Notes: generated from the letters alone by a model not told the origin. Positions 9,955 to 20,127 are shown, counted from the stretch's first letter. The stretch is 64,000 bases of DNA from a bacterium (GCA_963674595.2 CAXXFV010000023.1:800001-864000); one strand, 5' to 3'. Numbers and translations: made by a program.

Positions 9955-10717
9955 AGTAGCATTGATAACAGGCGGCACCCGGGGCATCGGGCTGGGCATA
10001 TCCACGAAACTGGCCCAGGTGGGCATAAACCTTTGCCTTTGCGGAAGAAAACCGGCCGAAGAGGTCTATGAGACCATTGATGAGTTGAAAAAAATCGGCG
10101 TTAATGTTCTGTACATACCTGCCGATGTGTCCTCCACCGGTGACAGGCTGCACCTTCTCAATTCCATAATCAGGCATTACGGCAGGCTCGATATTCTTGT
10201 CAACAATGCCGGAATTGCACCCACCGAAAGAAAGGACCTCCTGGAGGCCAGTGAAGAGAGTTTTGAAAACGTGATGCGGGTCAACCTGCAGGGGCCCTAT
10301 TTTTTAACCCAGATAACAGCCAGGTACATGGCAGAACAAAAAAAGGCATTTCCTGAATTCCAGGGATGTATTATCAATATTTCATCGATTTCAGCGGAAC
10401 ACGCTTCAGTTAACCGGGGAGAGTATTGCATTTCAAAGGCTGGAATAGCCATGGCCACCAAATTGTGGGCAGCCAGGATGGCGGAATTCAACATACCGGT
10501 ATATGAAGTGCGTCCCGGAATCATCAAAACCGACATGACCTCAGGAGTTACGGAAAAATATGACAACCTGATTGCGGAAGGACTCATGCTGCAAAAAAGA
10601 TGGGGACTTCCCGAAGACATAGGAAAAGCCGTGGCCGCACTGGTTACCGGCTCATTCCCCTACTCCACAGGCAGTGTTTTCATGGTTGACGGCGGGTTCT
10701 CCGTACCAAGACTGTGA
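9947..10717 (+). CDS. Short-chain dehydrogenase/reductase (3-ketoacyl-ACP reductase-like)
   Basis: TGGTRGIG, NNAG and YCISK catalytic motif; overlaps the upstream gene by 8 bp. Confidence 0.9.
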   Translation: MGKVALITGGTRGIGLGISTKLAQVGINLCLCGRKPAEEVYETIDELKKIGVNVLYIPADVSSTGDRLHLLNSIIRHYGRLDILVNNAGIAPTERKDLLEASEESFENVMRVNLQGPYFLTQITARYMAEQKKAFPEFQGCIINISSISAEHASVNRGEYCISKAGIAMATKLWAARMAEFNIPVYEVRPGIIKTDMTSGVTEKYDNLIAEGLMLQKRWGLPEDIGKAVAALVTGSFPYSTGSVFMVDGGFSVPRL

Positions 10718-10782
10718 AAGCAGGGGTCGAATGGCCTTTGATGAACGAATACGGTTTTCGAACGGCACGGCAACTGCAACCA

Positions 10783-10892
10783 CTCAAGGCCGGAGGCCTG
10801 ACATGATTTAGCCCAGGCCGAAGGCGTAGCCGTAGCCTTTGCCCTGGGTTGACGGCCATCACCAAAACCAACAAAGCTCCGGAGGAGCGAAA
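10783..10892 (-). repeat. Long REP-like palindromic element
   Basis: aggccggaggcct...tagcccagg...ccctgggt...gctccggaggagcga. Confidence 0.65.
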
Positions 10893-11031
10893 CCGTCATC
10901 CTCACCCAAATCTGTAAATCAATTACTCATGAAGATGTCCAGGGAACATCGAAACGATTAGGAAACTAAAATTATGCCAAAATCCCTTATCCAGCGGTCA
11001 TGAGATGAAATAAAACTTTTTCTAATCACTC

Positions 11032-11168
11032 TGTGCCGCTCTTCCAGAGCTCTCTCCTCATAGACCGGCCTTTTTCCCCAGGGTTCCGCCGACTTCGCAA
11101 CGGCTCCGCCATTTCTCGTCTAGGCTCCACCCTGGGCTATGGCCTGACGCACCTGCCGGCGCTGAAAA
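11032..11168 (+). repeat. Long REP-like palindromic element
   Basis: tgtgccgctcttccagagct...cccaggg...ccctgggctat...gcacctgccggcgctgaaa. Confidence 0.7.
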
Positions 11169-11182
11169 TGCAGGTTAAACGC

Positions 11183-12805
11183 CTAAAACGCGTTCCAGGT
11201 GTGGAGGATTTCGCCTTCCAGAGTAAGGATCCTGATCGTTGCCGGCCGGCCTTTTCCCCAGCCCTCCCCCATTACCAGCTCATCAATTCCATCTCCGTCG
11301 ATATCAACAGCTGAAAGGTTAGCCCCGCAAGAGCCCTCGCTCTCCCAGGGGACCATGTCCCTGACCGGGCTCCAGCCCCGGCCGTGGGAGAACACCTTGA
11401 TCCATGGGGGATAGCCCCGCAAAGGGCCTGGGGACACTGCTATACCCCAATCACCATCGCCCAGCTGCACCAGGGACAGGTTAATTCCGAAAGTTGTCGG
11501 AAGAGTTTCCAGAATTTGCAGATCTTCTCCGTTAGTAGCTGAGACAGCCACACTGGAAGGATTGACGGAAATCCCATTTCCCCACCTGATCAGCTGTGGG
11601 TCAGGCCCGGGCCTGACAACTCCCCTTAATCCATTCTGGAACAGCAGGTCATCAGTTACCTTACCGTCAGGCAAAAGCCATTTGCGGACAGGGACTCCGG
11701 CGGCAGTATATTCCGCTACCACCCGGGGAGCCCGGGGCCCGGGGCCAGGCCCCAGGAAAACACTGCCGCCGGAGGCATATACCCAGGCACCATATGATTC
11801 CGGAAAATCAGGATCAGTGATCAAAAATTCTCTTAAAATATCCCCGGAAGTATTAAAAACTCTCACTAAGGGAGGATTAACCTGCCCCGGCCCCGGTACG
11901 GCTATGATCTCGTCGCCCGGCCCGAAGCCGACATCCCCGACCGAAATCATGGCAGAGAAATCATATTCAGGGAATGCTGTCCATTCAGATAAAATTTCTC
12001 CCCGCGGAGAAAAAAGCCGGATATGGGAATTATTGCCCCGGTCAGGGCCGGGAACCGCGGCAATAAACGGTGACCGGCTGCTTCCATATCCGGCTGCCAC
12101 GGTTACACCATCTCCATAAGCCTCAAAACGGAACCCTCCAGGGCCGACCTGCAGTCCCCCCATTACCCCCGCCTTCAGAAAGAATGAGAGACACAGGCCC
12201 AGAAAAAAATGGGAGATCCAGGCCCAGAAAAAACTAGGCTGCCCGGTGTAAATCAGGCACCAGAAAAAAGCGGCGGCAAATGTCACCATGACAAAAACGG
12301 GTGAGGGAAAATGGAACAGTGAGAAGGCTGCTGCTGATAAGAGTGATGACAGGATTCTGGTACGCCGGCTCAGGGATTTTCCGGCCCGGGCTTCCCCCCA
12401 TTCTCCCTGGCTAGAAAAGATGATCAGCGAGAGCCGCAGAAAAAAATTCTGCAGCGCATATTGCTGAACTGCCGCCCAGGCCAGGTACCCGGGAGCCTCC
12501 GCCGTTATCTTCAGGTTCCAGTCCGGATTATTCCATCCGGCGGCGGCAATGCCCAGACATCCGGCAATAGTCAGGGCTCCATACCACTTGCCGGCTCGAA
12601 GAAAATACTTAAACCCAAGGCCCAGCGAATCCAGGTCAGGTTTAAAGAGAATGTGGGAAAGAAGTATCAAGCCGAGACAGGTTGCTTCTACCAGAATCAG
12701 CACCGGAAAATGCTGATAGCTGTATCTCCCCGCCCATAAATAATAGAGCAGGGACGCGGTAAACAGCCCCAGCATTAACAGCGCCTGTATCTTCTTATTT
12801 TTCAA
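11183..12805 (-). CDS. CPBP/Abi-like intramembrane domain fused to an FG-GAP-like repeat domain
   Basis: About 7-8 N-terminal TM helices with QQYALQN, FSLFH and WISH motifs. The C-terminal part has repeated GPG...P.(V/I)(R/K)(V/L)F units and a DIDGDGIDEL motif. Confidence 0.7.
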   Translation of the reverse strand: MKNKKIQALLMLGLFTASLLYYLWAGRYSYQHFPVLILVEATCLGLILLSHILFKPDLDSLGLGFKYFLRAGKWYGALTIAGCLGIAAAGWNNPDWNLKITAEAPGYLAWAAVQQYALQNFFLRLSLIIFSSQGEWGEARAGKSLSRRTRILSSLLSAAAFSLFHFPSPVFVMVTFAAAFFWCLIYTGQPSFFWAWISHFFLGLCLSFFLKAGVMGGLQVGPGGFRFEAYGDGVTVAAGYGSSRSPFIAAVPGPDRGNNSHIRLFSPRGEILSEWTAFPEYDFSAMISVGDVGFGPGDEIIAVPGPGQVNPPLVRVFNTSGDILREFLITDPDFPESYGAWVYASGGSVFLGPGPGPRAPRVVAEYTAAGVPVRKWLLPDGKVTDDLLFQNGLRGVVRPGPDPQLIRWGNGISVNPSSVAVSATNGEDLQILETLPTTFGINLSLVQLGDGDWGIAVSPGPLRGYPPWIKVFSHGRGWSPVRDMVPWESEGSCGANLSAVDIDGDGIDELVMGEGWGKGRPATIRILTLEGEILHTWNAF

Positions 12806-12846
12806 AAATCACCTGTCGGAATTAAATCATTCGGGCTGCCCGGGAT

Positions 12847-13902
12847 TCACTGCAATGCGCCCCTGGCATCAACATTCCATGTCTTTTCAACCCTGCCCTT
12901 CCGCACCCCGACGACCTGGTTAAACAGGTTATTACATACACAGCAGTGATTCGGAAGGATGGTTACCCTCTCCCCGATCTCGGGCTTCCTGCCGCAGGAG
13001 GAGAAATCGACATTGCCATGCTCTTCAGAGAGGGCGTATATCCTGGCTTCCGGGTATTCAAGAATCAACCCATACCCATCCTGCCCCAGGAGATCAGAGG
13101 AAAGAGCCTTGCTTCCGGTATCCAGGATTCCCCTGTCAGCGGTTGGCCTGCTCACCACAGTGGCGCGGACATGAAACGCACATTCATCCAGGTTGTGGGT
13201 TCCGGCCTCCACAGTGTAGCGGTCTCCGTAAACGTAGGTCCCAACCCTGTATTCAGTAATCTCCTTGTAGTTGTGGACGTGCCAAAGCTGTGGACTCCCC
13301 CCGGCGGATACCTTTTCAAAACTGATGCCAGGAAAACTCCTGGTTTCCCGGACAAAGGTATCAGTATTCCTGTTCACAGGGTAGGTCATCAGGCCGTCGA
13401 AAATCAGCCCGGGAGATCCCTTGATTATTGCTGCCAGTTCCGCTGCTTCAGCGGGAGTCTGTACTCCGCACCGGCCGGAGCCGGTATCAAACTCTACTGC
13501 AACCGGGAGTTTAATCCCGCTGGCCTCGGCAGTTCTTGAAAGGCCTTGCACCGTTACAGCGGAATCAGCCGTAACGCTCAACTGGATCTTCTTTGCCAGC
13601 AAGGCCATCCGCTCCAGCTTGGCAGCTCCCAGCAGATTGTAGGGCAGGAATATGTCGCCGATGCCTCCGTCAGCCATTATTTCCGCTTCAGAAATCTTCT
13701 GGCAGGTTATGCCCTTTGCTCCGGCATCCATCTGCATCTTGGCAATCACCACATTTTTGTGGGTTTTGATGTGGGGGCGGCTGATCAATCCAATTTCATC
13801 AAGATAATTCTGCGCCTTTCTGATATTGGCTTCCAGTTTATCCATGTCCACGATAGCCGCGGGTGTATCAATCTCGGATATCTTCTGGTTAATAATATTC
13901 AT
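12847..13902 (-). CDS. D-threonine aldolase / DSD1-like PLP-dependent enzyme (alanine racemase fold)
   Basis: TPAAIVD, RPHIKTHK (PLP lysine), SEEHG and PNHCC motifs. Confidence 0.9.
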   Translation of the reverse strand: MNIINQKISEIDTPAAIVDMDKLEANIRKAQNYLDEIGLISRPHIKTHKNVVIAKMQMDAGAKGITCQKISEAEIMADGGIGDIFLPYNLLGAAKLERMALLAKKIQLSVTADSAVTVQGLSRTAEASGIKLPVAVEFDTGSGRCGVQTPAEAAELAAIIKGSPGLIFDGLMTYPVNRNTDTFVRETRSFPGISFEKVSAGGSPQLWHVHNYKEITEYRVGTYVYGDRYTVEAGTHNLDECAFHVRATVVSRPTADRGILDTGSKALSSDLLGQDGYGLILEYPEARIYALSEEHGNVDFSSCGRKPEIGERVTILPNHCCVCNNLFNQVVGVRKGRVEKTWNVDARGALQ

Positions 13903-14386
13903 GAAAATTATTGTATCTCGAAGACTCTTTAATCGCCAAACTGGATTTGCCCGGCAGTCTCCTGTTTTTCATTCCCACGAACGCAGTTCTCCTGATCTGC
14001 ATAACTCGCGGTTCGTATTTTGGTGTTCTCCCCTTCAGGATTTTGGGTGTTCAATCAGGGGGTCGGGGTCAGGGTCGGAATCGGAATCGTTTATTTTTGA
14101 GAAACGATCGTTATTTCCGGAAATAAAACCTGTTTTTCCTTTTGTACCGGCAGCACTCCCTTCGGCTCATTGCATCCCCTACCGATGGTCCACCTTCCCC
14201 TAATGATTGTCCCGTTCTGACTCTTTCGGTTCGCAACTATCCCGGGTCCTGGCGGACCGGAAGCAAGGCTGCTTCCGACTACAACCCGCCGATGGCGGGG
14301 AAACCCGAAGCACTAAACCGGCAGCACTAAATTCAAAAATCCGAAATTCATTCGGCATTCGCAATTCACAGTTCGACCTTTCCCTT

Positions 14387-16267
14387 TCACCCTTTCATGA
14401 AATATCTTTCTACCATTTCCTGACTGGGCCTTTCCGGATCGAATTTCGAGACCAGGATTCCGATCAGAAAGGAACTGAACAATCCCCACATTACCGGGTG
14501 CAGTCCCAACAGATCCAGCCGTATTCCCCCGAATACTGTCGGGGCAAACATCAGCAGGCATACGGCCAACCCGCCCACGAATGCGCTTATGGCCCCAACC
14601 CGGGTTGTGCCCTTCCAAAAAAGGCTCAGGCAGATCGGTGCCAGGAAAGCGCTGGCAAAACCACTGCTGGTGAATACCACTATGTATTGGAGAAAATCAA
14701 TCTGCTGGGTGGCTCCAATGGTCACAATAACTCCGACAGTTACCGTAGTACAATAGCTGATCCACTTGGTCTTACGTTCACTTATATCCGGGTTTATGCT
14801 TCTCTGGTAAAAATCCCTGACAATTGCTGAGCTGATCATCAAGAGAAAACTGTCTACCGTGGACATGACAGCCGCAAAGGGGGCTGCCACAAAAATCGCT
14901 GCCAGCACCGCAAAAAATGGCCCCATGTCTCCCACGATCCTGGTTGCCACCAGGATCATGGCTTTGTCCGCGGCCTCTGGCGGTACGTAGGGAAGCAGTA
15001 CCTTGGCCGAGGTAAATATAAGAACCAGGGGAATATAAATCAGGGTGAAATAGAAACAAACAATGATAATCGCCCGGCGCAGGGAACGGCTGTCCTTAAA
15101 GGCCATCAGCCTGATCATCATTCCCGGCTGTCCCATGGCTACAATGGCCCACATGACAAAGTAGGACATAGCCAGGCCCAGAGGATGAAACGGCAGCCCA
15201 TTCGATTTTCGGCCCGGTCCGAACATGTACTCCCCGCTTCCAATAAACCAGGTCTTTTCCATTGGTTTAACAATCCCGCTTCCATCGTTGTCATAAGCGA
15301 GAACCACATCTTCCAGGAGTGCTGAAATCCCGGGGTCACTGATGATTAGGCCCCTGATTTCATCAGCCGTTGTCACTACATTCCCGCTCCGGTCAGCTTC
15401 AAGGATCACTTCAAGCCATCTCTGTCCGCCGGAATCCCGTACAACTGAAACACAAGGTGAATTGACTTCGCTTCCAGAAGGGAAAAGATAATACACTCCC
15501 TGTAAATCATCTTTGGAAAAGTCATCACTCCGGAGAAACGCCAGGTCGTTATTCTCTCCGCTGATGGAAGTCACCGCAGCAGCGGGCTGCGACATTACCC
15601 GTTTGGCGGCATTATCCAGGCCTCCTACATGGGAAATGACAACCGGACACAGCAGCACAACACCCAGGCCCATCACCACTCCCTGCATCACATCTGTCCA
15701 GACCACCGCCCTAAAGCCTCCAAAGGAGGTATAGACAACAACAACAACAGAGAATATCAGGAGTCCAACGATGTAGCCCCATGAGGAAGGAAAATTGAAG
15801 GTCTCTTCAATTATAATTGCGCCGGCCTTGAACTGCGCGACCAGGTTGCAGGTTGTAAAAAAGGCTATCGCCAGCGCGGCCATGAGACCCAGCGCCGGAG
15901 AATCAAACCTGTCCCTCAAAACGTCCGGGACCGTGATAGCGCCTGTTTTCCTGGCTACCTGGTTAAGCCTCTTTCCCAGAATCCCCATTGCTGTTAGCGG
16001 ATAGATCATATAGCTGGCAATCCAGAATGCAAGAACCCATCCATAACTGTAAATGAGAGCGGGAAATCCAATATAGCTTCCGGCTGAGGTGGCGGTCGCG
16101 GCAAAGGCAAAGGCCAGGGTCCAGCTCTTCATGCCCCTGCTCCCAAGAAAATACTCGCCCATGAATTCCCGGTTTTTCATAACCTTGTGAGAAATCAGGG
16201 CCAGTAACAGGACGCCCATAATATAAATAACAAAAGCTGCTGTTGTAATTGGGTTGGTTTCAGCCAT
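14387..16267 (-). CDS. Sodium:solute symporter (PanF/PutP-like) with a large extracytoplasmic insertion
   Basis: EYFLGSR, SAGSYIGFP, FGGFRAVVWTD and AAVMSTVDS motifs. Start taken at MAETNP, overlapping the upstream gene. Confidence 0.88.
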   Translation of the reverse strand: MAETNPITTAAFVIYIMGVLLLALISHKVMKNREFMGEYFLGSRGMKSWTLAFAFAATATSAGSYIGFPALIYSYGWVLAFWIASYMIYPLTAMGILGKRLNQVARKTGAITVPDVLRDRFDSPALGLMAALAIAFFTTCNLVAQFKAGAIIIEETFNFPSSWGYIVGLLIFSVVVVVYTSFGGFRAVVWTDVMQGVVMGLGVVLLCPVVISHVGGLDNAAKRVMSQPAAAVTSISGENNDLAFLRSDDFSKDDLQGVYYLFPSGSEVNSPCVSVVRDSGGQRWLEVILEADRSGNVVTTADEIRGLIISDPGISALLEDVVLAYDNDGSGIVKPMEKTWFIGSGEYMFGPGRKSNGLPFHPLGLAMSYFVMWAIVAMGQPGMMIRLMAFKDSRSLRRAIIIVCFYFTLIYIPLVLIFTSAKVLLPYVPPEAADKAMILVATRIVGDMGPFFAVLAAIFVAAPFAAVMSTVDSFLLMISSAIVRDFYQRSINPDISERKTKWISYCTTVTVGVIVTIGATQQIDFLQYIVVFTSSGFASAFLAPICLSLFWKGTTRVGAISAFVGGLAVCLLMFAPTVFGGIRLDLLGLHPVMWGLFSSFLIGILVSKFDPERPSQEMVERYFMKG

Positions 16268-16646
16268 TTGTTGTCCCGTCTTCGCTTTTGTTAACCAAAC
16301 CCTCTCCGCCCAGGTCATCATCTTTCATATAGAAAGTACAGAAAAGCCAGGTGATGACAATGCAGAGAAACCAGGGAACAACAATGGCGTAAAAAACCCA
16401 GTCTGGAATGCCCAGTCCCAGGGGAGTTGTCAGGGACGAAGGGTCCCGGTTAAATGACTCCAGGGGACCGATAAATTCTTCTATTGTCAACCCGCTGGAT
16501 ATTCCGGCTGGTTCATGGCTGGTATAGCCGTACAGGTAGGAGACAACAATGGAATAAGTGCTGAAAAAAAGCCAGATAAAAAATATCAGGATCGCTTCCC
16601 TTCTGCAATTCAGGTAAACACTATCCATTAAGTTTTTGCCAGTCAC
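16260..16646 (-). CDS. DUF997/YhdT-like small membrane protein, symporter partner
   Basis: RREA plus TM helix, GIPDWVFY plus TM helix, MKDDDL; sits directly upstream of the SSS transporter as yhdT does with panF. Confidence 0.75.
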   Translation of the reverse strand: MTGKNLMDSVYLNCRREAILIFFIWLFFSTYSIVVSYLYGYTSHEPAGISSGLTIEEFIGPLESFNRDPSSLTTPLGLGIPDWVFYAIVVPWFLCIVITWLFCTFYMKDDDLGGEGLVNKSEDGTTNG

Positions 16647-16709
16647 AAAACACCTTCAGTAAATGAAAAAAAGAGGGATCCAGCAGGCTTCCGGAAAAAC
16701 ACAAACCTG

Positions 16710-17237
16710 TCACGGTGCAAGTTCGGCCAATCGGCGGGCTGCCTCTATTGAAGCGCTGTAGTCAACATGGGAATAGATATCATCACAATACTCTACATGG
16801 CCTAAAATATTCATTTCATCCAGGATAAACACGGCCCTTGATAACAGCCTTAATTCCTTGATCAGGACTCCGTATGCCCTGCCAAAGCTGGCCTCCCTGT
16901 AATCTGAAAACATGTAGAATGAGTCTACCTTGGAAAGCGTGCACCAACGGTCCTGGGCAAAAGGAAGATCCATGCTGATGGTATAACACCTGACCCCATT
17001 AATCTTGGCGGTTTCCTCGCTGAAACGTTTGGCCTGGGTAGCGCAGATAGGGGTATCAAGTGAAGGGACAACGCTGAAAATCTTTATCCTGCCTTTTATG
17101 TCCTTAAATGTCACTGGTTTCAAAGCAACATTAACCACGCTGAAATCAGGAGCCCGGTCCCCAACTGCAAGTTGCGGCCCGATTAATGTTTGTGGGTTTC
17201 CTTGTATTTTTACTGCGCCAGGTCTTTCAATGTTCAT
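16710..17237 (-). CDS. tpx: Thiol peroxidase (Tpx)
   Basis: VPSLDTPIC, ISMDLPFAQ.RWC and LLSRAVFI motifs. Confidence 0.92.
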   Translation of the reverse strand: MNIERPGAVKIQGNPQTLIGPQLAVGDRAPDFSVVNVALKPVTFKDIKGRIKIFSVVPSLDTPICATQAKRFSEETAKINGVRCYTISMDLPFAQDRWCTLSKVDSFYMFSDYREASFGRAYGVLIKELRLLSRAVFILDEMNILGHVEYCDDIYSHVDYSASIEAARRLAELAP

Positions 17238-17616
17238 CTATAAATCACTCCCTCTTTTTGAATTCAGCAATTAATTCTAAAGAAAATTCTCCAAAGGTGA
17301 AACCTCTTTCCAAAACCAGCGTCTTATACTTTATAAGAAAGTGAATAGTTCAACCAGCAGGAATCCGTGGCTAATATTTGATCAAATCGCACTAACTACT
17401 GGAAGAATTTGAAAGAACTGAGTATCCGGAACATTAAACTAAAAATAATTTTTATCGGAAAGATAAAAAAATAAAAAAAGTTCTATAGATTTTCAGTGAA
17501 GTGTGTTATAAATGCTTATTCTCGATTTCCAAGAGACTATTCGCTGTGCATTTCGCACAACCATCACATATTGTTCGAGTTAATTTTTTTAAATCTATTA
17601 AGGAAATATTTTTACC

Positions 17617-17955
17617 ATGAGAAGTTCTGCATTGGAAAGTGAAGGTCTGTACCCACAAACCAGGAAACCTGATCCTTCTTTGTTAAACCTGTCTTTAGGG
17701 ATATTGCTCCAGGCTTTCCGGGATATAGTTGCACCCAAAAAGACTTCAAATAAAGAGTGGGAAGAATGGCGTCAGGACGCCCTGGACTGGTTCTATTCCT
17801 ACGAAAATCAGCCGGGCAGCTTTCACTGGGTTTGTGAAGTCCTGGAGATGAGTCCTAATGAATTAAGGGGATGGTTGCAGGAATACAGGCAGAGTACAGC
17901 CAAACAGAAAAAAGAAATGGCAAGAAAGCTTACTCGATTCCAGATCCGCCATTGA
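17617..17955 (+). CDS. Small hypothetical protein
   Basis: Clean 112-aa ORF after an AT-rich intergenic region; helical, with ILLQAFRD...DWF...GSFHWVCEVL pattern. Confidence 0.7.
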   Translation: MRSSALESEGLYPQTRKPDPSLLNLSLGILLQAFRDIVAPKKTSNKEWEEWRQDALDWFYSYENQPGSFHWVCEVLEMSPNELRGWLQEYRQSTAKQKKEMARKLTRFQIRH

Positions 17956-18049
17956 TTTTCAGAAACCCTTCTTTATACTTGTTTTATGACAGGCACTCCG
18001 CAACATCAGGGAGTGCCTGCATTTTTTTGGCGCTGCTGGAAATGATGAA

Positions 18050-18955
18050 ATGAGTTTTTTTGGTCTCTTCATACTCAGCCTGTTTGCGACCTATGTCATA
18101 ATTTTTTTTACGGCAATTCATCACCTTCGCAAAAAACAGGCCCGGCGCGTTAATCTCCCCGAAAAAGAAAATATTTCCTTTAATGAGATCAAAAACGATT
18201 ACCCCCTCCTGGAAGTAATCAATGTCAAGAAATCTTTCGAAAATCCAGTCCTGAAAGGTATTTCTTTCCAGGTCATGCCGGGACAGACCCTGGGTATACT
18301 TGGCCGCAGCGGTACCGGTAAAAGTGTTCTCCTCAAACTGATAGCCGGATTCCTTAAACCTGATTCCGGGGAAATTATCTACAGGGGAGTAGGAATTCGC
18401 AATTTTAACGAAGAAAAGCTGCTTACCCTCCGCAAGGAAGTCTCCTATGTATTTCAGAGCGGAGCCATATTTGATTTCTTTAATGTTCGGGAAAATGTAG
18501 CCTTCCCCCTGAGAGAAAGGGGAGAGCTCTCCGATAAGGAAATCGAAGACCGGGTAGACTACCTTCTTGAGGCCGTGGAAATGGAAGGCATGGGACACCT
18601 GTTAGTAACTGAACTGGGCGTAGGTGCTAAAAAACAGGTGGCTATTGCCCGAGCCCTGGCAACCAATCCCAACCTGATTCTCTACGATGAACCTACAACC
18701 GGAACCGATCCTCTTATCGGGAAATCCATCAGCGCCCTGATCAGAAAACTGAGCAAACAGGAACAGATAACATCCATAGTAGTCACCCATGATATGAGAT
18801 GCCTGGAAACCGTTTCTGATCGCATTATCCTGCTCAAGGACGGACTGCTTCACTTCTCAGGTATCGCCAATGACTTCAGAACTTCAGAGGACGCGTTCGT
18901 CACCGCATTCAGGGAAGGACGTCTTTTCAAGGAAGCCCCAGCCGCCGGAATATAG
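18050..18955 (+). CDS. ABC ATPase, MlaF/Mkl-like, with N-terminal membrane anchor
   Basis: GRSGTGKS Walker A, VFQSGA Q-loop, ILYDEPT Walker B, VTHD H-loop; hydrophobic first 24 aa. Confidence 0.85.
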   Translation: MSFFGLFILSLFATYVIIFFTAIHHLRKKQARRVNLPEKENISFNEIKNDYPLLEVINVKKSFENPVLKGISFQVMPGQTLGILGRSGTGKSVLLKLIAGFLKPDSGEIIYRGVGIRNFNEEKLLTLRKEVSYVFQSGAIFDFFNVRENVAFPLRERGELSDKEIEDRVDYLLEAVEMEGMGHLLVTELGVGAKKQVAIARALATNPNLILYDEPTTGTDPLIGKSISALIRKLSKQEQITSIVVTHDMRCLETVSDRIILLKDGLLHFSGIANDFRTSEDAFVTAFREGRLFKEAPAAGI

Positions 18956-19031
18956 ACGCTTTATCAGAAAAACCTCATCACCTGGTAAAAATCTCTCTGC
19001 TCTGTCTACTGTTTTTCAAGCCTGCCGTTTT

Positions 19032-19250
19032 TCAACTTCCGGGATTGTAATCAGGAGGGGGAAGCAGAAGCCAGAGAATTATGTATACCACAATGCCGGG
19101 AAACATAACGCTGACCACTGAAATCAGGACATAGGCAATCCGAACCCGGTTAGGGGAAAGCCAGCCCAGGTATTCCGCTATTCCAGCGCACACTCCGGCA
19201 ACCATCTGATCACTAGACCTCTTTAATATTTTTTTCTGACCTTCTGCCAT
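19032..19250 (-). CDS. PspC domain protein
   Basis: RSSDQMVAGVCAGIAEY...VRI...YIILWLLLP. Confidence 0.88.
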   Translation of the reverse strand: MAEGQKKILKRSSDQMVAGVCAGIAEYLGWLSPNRVRIAYVLISVVSVMFPGIVVYIILWLLLPPPDYNPGS

Positions 19251-19539
19251 TTTGGTTCTCCATAAAGCCATACTGAGTACTCCGGCACCGCATCGATACC
19301 GGCCTGGTTTAATTATCACTCTTCAATATAGAACGAAGAATCTAAAATCCAGTAAGAAATATTGTTCAAGGCTGTCAATCTCACTTAGGGAAGACTCTCA
19401 CCTGGCAACAGGTACTTAAGTTTTAAAAATTTCAAATAAGAAGCATTTTGTAAAAAACCACACTGACAAATGTCTTCCAGGGGACTGGAAAAATTGAATT
19501 TACCTGGAAGGTTCAGATATATTATTGACCAGAAATCTC

Positions 19540-19595
19540 CAGGGATGGAGTCCCCTGCATATAAGTGCCATGGTCGGGCTGATGACTCCTGCCAC
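19540..19595 (+). ncRNA. Fluoride riboswitch (crcB motif)
   Basis: agggATGGAGtcccct...GCTGATGACTCCtgc matches the fluoride riboswitch core (GATGGAG pairing with GACTCC); about 105 nt upstream of crcB. Confidence 0.88.
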
Positions 19596-19700
19596 GCAGA
19601 CTCCTTCGCCAGTGCTGGTTCTTCGGTTTTTCCGAAAAAGTTCACTGCATTTTTTTCTGCGTAATGACCGGGAGTCTCATTCTGAACAAAGGATTCAATT

Positions 19701-20078
19701 ATGACTCATAAACTCATATTACTTGGCCTGGCCGGAGCGCTGGGCACATTGTCCAGGTATGGGCTGGCAGGTTTTGTACACCGTTTCATCGGCCCATCCT
19801 TTCCCTGGGGAACCTTTTCGGTCAATATAATCGGCTGCTTCATGGCAGGACTGCTTTGGGCATTATTCGAGAGCCGATGGCCGGTCTCAGGAGAAACAAG
19901 AACAATAATCCTTGTCGGTTTCATGGGTGCTTTTACAACATTTTCAGCGATGATCCTGGAAACCAGCGAGTTAATGCGCTCTGCGGAATGGTTGTATGCG
20001 GCTGGCAACCTGAGCCTGCAGAATGGCGTCGGATTCGCAGCCATATTCGCTGGAACAGCCCTGGGCAGGATGATTTAG
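19701..20078 (+). CDS. crcB: Fluoride channel Fluc/CrcB
   Basis: GALGTLSRY, FPWGTFSVN and GFMGAFTTFS motifs. Confidence 0.95.
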   Translation: MTHKLILLGLAGALGTLSRYGLAGFVHRFIGPSFPWGTFSVNIIGCFMAGLLWALFESRWPVSGETRTIILVGFMGAFTTFSAMILETSELMRSAEWLYAAGNLSLQNGVGFAAIFAGTALGRMI

Positions 20079-20127
20079 AAATCCTGGCAGTCTACAGGTG
20101 TAATATAAAGTTTTAGAGGAGAGAAAA

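Noticed and set aside
17984-18598. 204-aa minus-strand ORF
   Set aside because: Antisense to the ABC ATPase, which has clear motifs.
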